From positions 1 to 64,000 of the forward strand of contig ADNK01002829.1 in assembly GCA_000320545.1 (NCBI GenBank): a stretch of DNA of 64,000 bases. The letters run 5' to 3'. This document shows positions 28,149-38,321 of the stretch, one piece after another. Under the pieces are notes generated by a model, which worked only from the letters and a program-made list of their open reading frames with translations, was not told where the DNA came from and searched no databases. The stretch comes from Bigelowiella natans CCMP2755. Lineage: Eukaryota; Protista; Cercozoa. The number at the start of each line of letters is the position of its first letter. Position 1 is the stretch's first letter. A program made the translations under genes and the position numbers.

Positions 28149-31100
28149 TAAAATACCAACTGCTTCTTCCAGGCCGCCACCTCCTTCAACGAGTGCTCGT
28201 TGGTCTCAAGTCGCTGTATTTTCCACATCATACGCACTGAGTGTGCTACTACAAAGCTTGGGAATAAAACCCTCTGCTGTTGTTGGACATAGTGCGGGTG
28301 AGTATGCAGCAGCTGTTGCTTGTGGTATTATGACCATGGAACAAGCCTTAACGCTTCTCGAACACAGAGGTAGAATTATGGATGAGTGTATGGCAGATGG
28401 GTCCATGCTCGCTGTCTTCTCTTCCGCAACTAAAGTAGAGACTTGGCTTAGAAGAGGAGGAGGAGGAGGAGGAGGAGCTGGAGCTGCTGAAAAAGTGCCA
28501 TCATCATCATCATCATCATTCAGCGATGTAACTATAGCATGTGATAATGCTCCTGACCGAGTGGTGGTGTCAGGTCCTCAGGAATCTATCTTAGCCTTCA
28601 AAAAATTTGTGGAAACAAATCATACAGCTCGTGCAATTCTTATCCCAACTGCAAAAGCGTTTCACTCTAGCTTTGTGAGTGAGGAGATACAAGACAGATA
28701 CCGACAGACCATGCACAGTGTTGAGTTGGGTATTGTAGGTGGTTTAAGTAACCATCACATAAGAATGGCATGCAATATAAGTGGGAAGTTTCTCGATGAA
28801 AAGGCTGCTATGGATCCTGAAAGGTGGGTGCAGCAAATGCGTGCTCCGGTCAGATTCAGAGATTGCATCGAGACTCTAATGAGGATGAACGACAATGATG
28901 ATAATGAGGATACTGAAGAAGAAGAAGAAGAAGAAGAAGAAGAAGAAGAAGAGGAGGAGGAGAAAGAGGATAAAGAAGAAAAGAAAATCCAAGAAATGAC
29001 AAGGAGGAGGAGGAGGAAAGGACGCAAAAAGAAAACGACAAGGAGGAGGAGGAGGAGGAAACTATTTATCGAGCTTGGCCCTGGAAAGAATCTTGCATCA
29101 CTCGCACGCCGTTGTGTTGAGAGATTTGGTAAGGAGGAGGATGATGATGACGGAGTTAACGACAAACATGATTCTTCATTCATCAGCATGGGAAGGCATC
29201 CTAGAGACTCCTCATCTGATGTTGAAGTCTTCCTTTCCAGCTTAGGAGAGATATGGAAACATGCACAACAAGACATCAAGATTCACTGGAATATCTTATT
29301 CTCCAGCGCCTTTTACAATACTAATGATGACGACTTGAAGAAGAAAGATAACGATTCTACAATAAGGGACAACGAAATGGAAATGATGATGAGGATGGAA
29401 AAGATGGCTGCTCCACTAAGAAGAATTTCACTGCCTACATACGCGTTTGATCGTGTTCCTTGTTGGATTGGAAATGCTACTGACAAGGATGATTTTAGTA
29501 ATAATACCAAGGGACAGAAGAAGAACGGAAAAGATGCTGATGGTGATGATATTACGAGCAACATTAAAAACGACAACGACAACAACAACGAGGAGGGAAT
29601 CATATACCAGGTAGGATGGCAGCAGTATGAAAAGCACGAATCATTTCCACCTTCCCTGTTCTCCCCCACTTCTTCTCTATCTACTTCCTACCCCTGTCTT
29701 GTACTTGGAAGTAAAAATCGTGAAAACGATCGCGCAAAACAGCTTATTACGAAAACGGGAAAACTTACACTTGTGCAAGAGGACGATGACGACACAAATG
29801 GTGGTTTAAGGATGGCGGTAAAAGCTCGTCGATTAGCCGTGCTAGGTGCTGTTAGCAGTATCGATGATGAGGAGGAGGATATACCAACTTTGTCAAAAAA
29901 GTACACCTTATTACTCCTGAATTTAGTGAAGAATATTGCTAAAGCTTTGGAGGATGAGGAGGGTGAAGAAGAAGAAAAGATGGATAGGAACCTACAACAG
30001 AAACAGCACCGATCACGCGAAACCATGCACGTAGTACTTGTTTTTGACAAGCAGAACGTGGCGTTGGCTGGTGCATGGGGTTTGGTAAAAGTAGCGGCGC
30101 TGGAGTTCAAAAGCGATATTCATTTTACGCGTATCATGGTTGTTGCAGGGGGAGGGAATGGAAGAGCAGGAGGAGAGAGAAAGGCAAGAGAAGGAGAAAA
30201 GTTGTTATCACAAACACTTTCTTCACCATCGATACTAAAGACTCTGATATCGCTCCTCCCGCGCGCTTTCTGCGACACTGCAGCAGTATCCTCCTCCTCC
30301 TCCTCCTCCTCCTCATCATCATCATCATCACGAGCTAGTGAACCACTACCTGCTCCCCAACTATTATTACCACCTGAGAGTATTTATGAGTTGACAACAA
30401 AGACATTCTTCGTACCGAGACTTATGAAGGTAGCAGCAGAGCCACTTTCGGATAACAATAATACCGTTAGTAAGTGTGGGAAAAAGGGCGTTTGGATAGT
30501 GACCGGTGGTAGTCGTGGGATAGGACTGAAAGTAGCGGAGCATTTGGTCAACTATCACGGTGTAAGAATACTCATACTTGCTAGCCGTACTATCCCTTCA
30601 TCTCATCACCCAAGTACGCTACTAGTGGAAGACATGCGGAGAAAGATGAAAGCTACAATTGTGTTCGAAGCGGTCGATGTTACTGATTCTGAACAAGTCA
30701 AAGAGATGCTACAGCGCGCAAGAGGGAAAGGGCCACTACGGGGAATTGTGCACAGTGCTGGTGTGCTGGATGACGGTGTTCTCGTGAATGTAGAAGAATC
30801 GCGTATCAAACATGTGATGAATGTCAAAACCAGTGCCTGGTTCTTGCATAAATATACTGATAAAGACGAGTTAGATATCATGATATTCTTCTCGTCAACA
30901 TCTTCACTCTTTGGCGTGGCTGGACAGGGTAGCTATGTAGCGGCAAATAAGTTCTTAGATTGGCTAGCCGATAAGAGATGCGCGGAGAACATGCCGACTG
31001 TTGCGCTTCAGTGGGGTGCATGGAGCGAGGTAGGAATGTCTGTGGACTCCAAACTAAAACAGCTTGACGGTGAAAAACATCTAAAGCCTTGCCAAGCGCT

Positions 31101-31674
31101 TAACGCCTTCTCAGGTATCCTTACACGTGCTCTGACACTTTCCTCCTCCTCCTCCTCCTCCTCCTCCTCCTCCTCCTCCTCCTCAACTTCGTCCCCTCTT
31201 CTTTCGCACTCAAACAAATTGAGGAACATCGAGAAAGCACGATATGCTGTCGTTGAGGTCACTGACTGGGTGAAGTACTCAAAAACCTTCGAAGAAGGTG
31301 GACATGGCCTTGTCCAACATTTAACGTCGATGAGAAGCATATCTGCCTCTGTTTCTACCACTGGAAGAGAAAAAAAAGAAGAAGGACAAGGAAATAGTGA
31401 GGAAGACGCAAAGGCTACAACAGTTTTGTCTTACTTCAGAAAGAAATTCAAAGATTTCTTTGAGGATGATGAGGGTGATGATGTGGATAGTTATTCATCT
31501 ACTGCTTCTTTAGGAGAGGCAGGTATGGACTCATTAGACTTAATCAATCTCCGTAACGATATCAAAACTCTATTTGGAAAAAATGTTACATTGCCCCTTG
31601 ACCGTTTCTTTGACCGGTCAATTTCTATCAAGCATCTTGCAAAAGAACTTGAGAAAAAAAGAATGAGGGGGTAA
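19931..31674 (+). CDS. Hybrid NRPS/type I PKS, domain order TE-A-T-KS-AT-KR-ACP (BurA-like); about 10 short 5' exons, then one exon 23920-31674
   Basis: TE: FLFPFAGG, FFGASLG (GxSxG), IRADL, PITAFSG, GHEFL. A: LTLGEF..AHRLA, YTSGTTGLPKG, NLYSTTE, YRCGDL, GRADEVVNVRGYRV, GKVDR. T: DFFEVGGHSL. KS: DPNQR, SACSSS, EAHGTGT, KGHIGH. AT: FSGQGSQ, GHSAG, AFHS. KR: VTGGSRGIG, HSAGVLDD, YVAAN. ACP: GMDSL. The small exons are bounded by GT-AG and read in frame. Confidence 0.93.
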
Positions 31675-31879
31675 TGAAGAAGGCTAAATCCATGCACAAT
31701 TAAAAACTTAATGAGCGATCTTCATAACGTTGAATCAAATAAACATCTTTGAACAACCACCACTTTTTAACGAGTTCGTAGGGAATGTGGGTCAACAATA
31801 TGAAAATTGATGGTTATGAGTCTAAATTTTAAAGAGACTAAATCAAAGGAAACGTTCACTAGCATATCGTCGAGATGTC

Positions 31880-34040
31880 TTATGCGCACACATGATGTGA
31901 TGAGTCAATGTCACAGGAATCCGTTCTGAATTCCAATTGATGATCGAGTTGATCGCAATGTTTGCATGCATTTCATTGAGGCATGCTGGTGTGACGTTGC
32001 ATGCTTGAGTCGCACTCATTGCTGTTGCAAACTGCATCGTAACCAAAACAGCATCTGGCATGGTTCACATTGTAGACACAGTTGCATCACATGCAAGACA
32101 CATGTCATGTGACATGTCCATTGTGGGACACATCTAGATGTCTGCATTGCATGTGAGACATGCATCACATGTGACATGTCCATTGTTCATCTTGCTAGCT
32201 TGACTTCAAGTGGCGCCTCATGCATCCTTGCCAATGCTGGAATGTGAAGTTGGCAATTTCAACCAATGAACGAAGCCATGCAGTGCAGCCTGCACTTTGC
32301 ACGTTGCATGCCAGCATGTGCGCATGGTGTGCGCTGTTCCGTGGCTGCCAGTGCAGCATCAAGCGGTTGTGAGCTCGACAATCGTTGCAACAGCGGCGAC
32401 GTGATGTGCGAGTGCGCAACTCCAGCACTCGGCAATGTCTAGACGTTCGCATGATGCCAGTGCACCAGGATGGCCGCAGTGATCGATGTGACACCATTCC
32501 AGTTTTCCAACCAGCATGCCAGCGTGATGTGTCCCGAAACCATCGTGCATGCCAGAAATGCTGGGGCAAGGCGTGTGGTGCTGGGGTGGTCGACCAGGCT
32601 GGCAGGCTGTGGCCAGAGCTGTGCAGCGTCCAGAGCGTGCTGGCATGACGACGAGATCCAGCAGAGATCGCCGTTTTGCACTTTTGGATCTGTTCAGACT
32701 GGAGACCTGCTGGCCTGCGTTGACATCATCTGGATCATCTGGATTGTTCACGTGCGTTGGTCATCAATGCAAGACTGACCCTCATGGTGGTTCTCTTGTC
32801 TTTCGTTTGGCTTTGCTGCGCTGAACACCACGCCAACCACAGCTAGCACGTGCCAGTGTGCAAATCTGCGCAGCATGCCAGCGCATGTCCAGATGTGACT
32901 GTCAATCCGCTCTTGTGCCAGCTCAATTGTCTTTTTGGCTTCAACACACACGCAAGTCTCTGGACCTGCCCACGGCGCACGCCATTGTCACCCATGCTGT
33001 GACACAATGCCAGAATGGCGTTGTGCGTGCGTGTGCACAAGTGCCACATCGTTCAGGTTCAAACGCGCACGTGATCAGCAACAATGAGAGTCAAGGTGGT
33101 TGTCCGCAGTCAGGTGTGGACTTGCAAGTGGGACGATGGACAACATTGCACGTGCAACGGCACCATCAATCGGCATCCATGCCAATTTCATCCCTTGTTC
33201 CGTCTCCGGCACTTCAGATGAGTGGCCATGGTGTTCTCATCCCTTCACGCAGCCTTGGATCGAGTGTGCCTCTGATGGGTTGCAGCTGATTTTTTGTGTC
33301 TCTTCACCAACAGGGTGCTGACAAGTCCTTGCAACGAGTGTTGTTGAGGCTCTGCTGCGTGCAAATGCCTGTCTCCCATGTGGTTCTGGCGCACGCAGTT
33401 TTTGATCAACGCTTTGCTCATTGCGTTCATTGCTCATTGTTCATTGCCAGCGTGCGTGAGGCCAAGCTGGCAAGTGGTGTGACTTGCAGATGCAGACGTG
33501 GCCCTCGCTGCAATTGGCACTTGCTGTGCTTGGTTCGATGGTGCCGCACACGCTGGTTCAGGATGGGAGGAAAAGCCACCCTCGTGACCGAAAACCCCCC
33601 CGCCCATCACCGCATCGGCGCGCCAACAGGGTGCAAACTCGAGAGGGTCACTCGAGTTTTTGGGAGGTCTCCTCGCAAGCAATGCGGGGACTCACGGGGA
33701 ATCGCACTGTGGTGCCGGCATTGGCTGTTGGACCGTGACGTTGATGAGCTCGAGCAACACCTTCAAAGCAATGCACAGCAACGACCTTTCCTGTCTCAAG
33801 CGTTTGATTGGGGAAAACGCAAGTGTTGAGGAGCGCGACCGTTTCGGTGGGTAGCAGCGGCAGTGTTGACATTGTCGCGGCAGTGGTTGGGAGTGTTGAG
33901 TGATTGACAGCAAATGCAGTGTTGGGTGTTGGGAGGTTGTTCACATTTGGTCAAACAGTGGCAGCAGCAGCAGCAGAAGGACCAGTGGCAAGCAGCAAGT
34001 GAGATTCATGATTTTGAACATGCAAGGTCGTGGTGGTTTT
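31880..34040. pseudogene. TpA-depleted block containing relic minus-strand coding sequence (unidentified gene or TE)
   Basis: From about 32190 to 34040 the only TAs seen are three CTAG and one GTAG. Minus-strand stretches such as LVGKLEWCHIDHCGHPG and GPETCVCVEAKKTIELAQERIDSHIW read like protein with Tyr replaced by Cys or His. Confidence 0.55.
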
Positions 34041-34048
34041 GTCATCAG

Positions 34049-36930
34049 GTGAAACTCCGTTGATCGTGGGTTCCCAGTGTGGTCATTTTGAGATCGTGAA
34101 GTGCCTGGTTGGCATGAAGGCAAACATTGAGGCGAAAGGCGAAGACGGTGTGTTCTGATGCTGACAGTGAGGCATGAGTTGCAAATGATGTTGCACAATT
34201 TGATGTGATTGCACAACAATGTGTTGGGAGATGCTCCGTTGATTTTGGGTTCCCGTGGGGGCAATTTGGAGATCGCAAAGTGCCTGGTTGACATGAAGGC
34301 AAACATTGAGGCGAAAGCCCTTTGGGGTGGGTGCTGATGCTGACAGTGAGGCATGAGTTGCAAAAGATGTTGCACAATTTGACATGATTGCATGACAACA
34401 TGTCAGACAACACTGCATTGATTTTGGGTTCCCGTGAGGGCAATTTGGACATCGCAAAGTACCTGGTTGACATGAAGGCAAACATTGAGGCGAAAAACAA
34501 AGGCGGTGGGTTCTGATGCTAACGGTGAGGCAGGAATTGCAAAAGATGTCACACAATTTGATGTGATTGCACAACAATGCACTAGATGATGCTCCATTGA
34601 TTGTGGGTTCCCGTGGGGGTCATTTGGAGATCGCAAAGTACCTGGTTGACATGAAGGCAAACATTGAGGCGAAAAACAAAGACGGTGGGTTCTGATGCTA
34701 ACAGTGAGGCATGAGTTGCAAAAGATGTTACATCACATGACTCAATTGCACAACAACATGTTAGGTTGTACTCCGTTGGTTTTGGGTTCCTATTGGGGTC
34801 ATTTGGAGATCGTAAAGTACCTGGTTGACATGAAGGCAAATGTTGAGGCGAAAGGCGAAAACGGTGGGTACCAATGCTAACAGTGAGGCATGAGTTGTAA
34901 AAGATATTACATAATTTGATATGATTGCATGTCAACATGTTAGATAATACTGCGTTGATTTTGGGTTCCCGTGGGGGTCATTTGGAGATCGCAAAGTACC
35001 TGGTTGACATGAAGGCAAACATTGAGGCAAAAGGCGAGGGCGGTGGGTTCTGATGCTAACAGTTGTAAATGATGTTACATGATTTGATATGATTAGATGA
35101 CAATATATTAGGAGATACTGCGTTGTTTTGGTGTTCCCGTGAGGGTAAAATTTGGAGATCGTAAAGTACCTGGTTGGTGTGAAGGCAGATGTGGAGGCGG
35201 AAGACGAAGACGGTGGGTTCTGATGCTAACGGTGAGGCATGAGTTGTAAAAGATATTACATAATTTAAAATGATTGCATAACAATACATTAGATTATACT
35301 CCGTTGATTTGGGGTTCCCAGTATGGTCATTTGGAGATCGTAAAGTACCTGGTTGATATGAAGGCAAACATTGAGGCGAAAGCCCTTTGGGGTGGGTACT
35401 GATGCTGACAGTGAGGCATAAGTTGTAAAAGATGTTACATAATTTGATATGATTGCATAACAATATATTAGATAATACTGCATTGATTTTGGGTTCCCGT
35501 GAGGGTAATTTGGATATCGTAAAGTACCTGGTTGACATGAAGGCAAACATTGAGGCGAAAAACAAAGGCGGTGGGTTCTGATGCTAACGGTGAGGCAGGA
35601 ATTGTAAAAGATATTACATAATTTGATGTGATTGCATAACAATACACTAGATAATACTCCATTGATTGTGGGTTCCCGTGGGGGTCATTTGGAGATCGCA
35701 AAGTACCTGGTTGGCATGAAGGCAAACATTGAGGCGAAAGGCAGTTGCGGTGGGTTCTGATGTTAACAGTGAGGCATGAGTTGTAAAAGATGTTACATAA
35801 TTTGATATAATGCTATTTCTCATTCTGAAGATAGTTATCATGAAGATACAGATAGGGATAGGGATAATGAAGTTTTTATTTATCCATCGTGTTGATGGTA
35901 ATGATTCAGATGAAGACGATTTTTTTGACACAGGATTTGAAGGTGTCGGAAAAGTGTTTATTATAAATAAAAATTTAAATATATACGAATGATTATAACG
36001 ATATATCAGATGATATTCCGTTGATTTTGATTTGAGATGATGCTATTTTTCATTCTGAAGATAGTCATCATGAATATATAGATTGGGATAATTAAGTTTT
36101 TATACATCGTGTTGATGATAATGATTCAGATGAAGACGAATTTTCTGACACAGAAGGAGTTGATGGTATCGCAAAAGTGTTTATTATAAATAAAATCTAA
36201 ATACATACGAATGATTATAACGATATATCAGATAATATTCCATTGATTAGGGGTTCCTGTTGTGGTCATTTGGAAAACTTACGTAACAATGCATTAGGTT
36301 TTACACCGTTGATTTTTGGTTCCAAGAATGGTCATTTTGAGATCGTAAAGTACCTGGTTGGCATGAAGGCAAACATTGAGGCGAAAGGCGAAGACGGTGG
36401 GTTCTGATGCTGACAGTGAGGCATGAGTTGTAAAAGATATTACATGATTTGATATGATTGCATAACAACATACCAGATGACACTGCGTTGATTTGGGGTT
36501 CCCGTGGGGGTCATTTGAAGATCGTAAAGTACCTGGTTGACGTGAAGGCAAACATTGAGGCAAAAGGCGTGGGCGGTGGGTTCTGATGCTAACAGTGAGG
36601 CATGAGTTGTAAATGATGTTACACAATTTGATGTGATTGCATAACAACACATTGGGAGACACTCCGTTGATTTTGGGTTCCCGTGGGGGTCATTCGGAGA
36701 TCGTAAAGTACCTGGTTGACATGAAGGGAAATGTTGAGGTCAAAAACAGAAATGGGGACACTCCCCATGACTTGGCAAAACATCACGAACTCAAAGTCTT
36801 CATCAAGCAAGATTGCATTGATCGACGGGTCCAGGTGTTCAACAGAGACTTGAGGGATTTGTACTTCTCAAGCACGGAATTGAAGCGAGGGTTGGGGGCG
36901 GAATTGGTCGCCACGAATTCGAAAAAATAG
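34049..36930 (+). pseudogene. Ankyrin-repeat gene built from a 179-bp unit (99-bp exon encoding one 33-aa ankyrin repeat, plus ~80-bp phase-1 intron); about 13 repeats, partly decayed
   Basis: Exons translate to (G/D)xTPLIxGSxxGHLEIVKYLVDMKANIEAKxxx. Introns run gtgggt...ttag. There is a frameshift in the exon at about 35112, and acceptor AG is lost (ttag>ttgg) at about 34227 and 36655. Confidence 0.88.
35810..36275 (+). repeat. Two tandem ~230-bp AT-rich units interrupting the ankyrin array
   Basis: atgctattt..cattctgaagatagt..gattcagatgaagacga..aaagtgtttattataaataaaa..gattataacgatatatcagat occurs at about 35810 and 36040. Each copy ends in a truncated ankyrin-exon start. Confidence 0.85.
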
Positions 36931-36959
36931 TCGCATGCAGGAGCAGATGCGAGCCATCT

Positions 36960-38120
36960 ACACGATGGGCGATTTTGGGAGCTTGTTCATGTTGTCCTAT
37001 GAACATTGTGAAGAAGCAGATGCAATGTGCAACACACGTGATGTCGTGAAAGATGTGGACCATCGTGTCTCCTCTAGAAGTGGCAGCTAGGTGGTGATCA
37101 TTGTGGACCAGATGGATGCTGGAGATTCAGGGATGACGTGCCATCTAGAAAGCAGACCATCAGGCACATGTGCACTGAATTGTGCAATTTCAACTGCATG
37201 AAACACACGACGGCAGAGATGGATGTGTGTGAGACGGATGCAATGAAATTGAGTGATCCCTCTTTCCCATGATCATCCTGTTCTAGTTGGCATTGCGATG
37301 TGGCTTTGCAAAGCAGCAGCCACAGCGCTGCAATGACAACACCTTGTTTCTGCTGTCATGACTAGATGAGACGGATGCAATGAAGTGATCAAATCTTTTC
37401 AATGGTCATCCTGATGTGGCTGTGCAGAACAGCGGCTGCAGCGCTTTGGTTGCATCACATGTTGTCTCTTCTGTTGCGTGCTTCATGCATTGGGGTTGCA
37501 CGTCTAGACGTGCACATGTGTTCAGTGCACACACATCTAGACATGCATGGAGATGTTTCAGCATTCCGCCGCCAGGCACTTGCATTTTGGTCACAATCCT
37601 CAATGTGGCACGCAAGTGGGGTGTCAACCCACAAGTCACCAGCTGCAAGGGAAGGGGTTCAGCACGCAAACAAGCATGGAAGTGGCACACGTGCACCACG
37701 TGCACGATGTGATCCATGTGAAAGCACGTTGTCGCACACGTGCAACACCAAGCCCAGCACTGGAGCATGCTAGACGTGACCAAGCAATCCGAGGCCACTA
37801 GCTCTGGCACATCTGGACATCTGGACATTGCATTGTTCGCGAGACACAAGAATTCACCTTTCTCAAAAGTGCTCTCTAGCTCTCCATGATGAGAACCATT
37901 CACTTGCACGTGCCAGCTAGCATGCAAGCCAGCGTTCGTTCGACCATGCAAGCACGTGCGTCTTGTGTGCGTGCGTGCACTTGCATTGCAAATCAAAATT
38001 GTGATGACCAGTTCGATGAGTGTCAGTTTCACATTGCTAGCTAGCTAGATTGCAACGATGAAGTGTTGTCATGAGCTAGACAGTCTAGATGTGCATGCAA
38101 CGCAATGCAATGTCTTGCAG
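36960..38120. other. TpA-depleted block in which every residual TA lies in CTAG
   Basis: In 37001-38120, 16 TA dinucleotides were counted and all 16 are in CTAG. Confidence 0.9.
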
Positions 38121-38321
38121 ATGCGTTATGTCAGGCATTCCCGAGCCCGGTCATCGAGAAGCTACACTGACACTCTGCAATCAATTATATGTTGTTGTCG
38201 CATGCACACCGTGATGTAATCTTTGATGTAACAGTCATGCATGTTCATTGTCATTACGTCGCCGAATACTTCTTTACATCAAATAAGTCCCGCAGATGTC
38301 TCCAACCATCATGCTGATATT

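Noticed and set aside
34321-35745. Classical RIP (CA/TG>TA) or CpG-methylation decay as the explanation
   Set aside because: The TA-rich copies keep the ankyrin consensus and splice acceptors, so TA is ancestral. CpG remains abundant in converted blocks.
34045-36810. Repetitive minus-strand ORFs over the 179-bp array, and a CRISPR-like appearance
   Set aside because: These are antisense shadows of the plus-strand ankyrin exon/intron units. There are no unique spacers or cas genes, and the context is eukaryotic.
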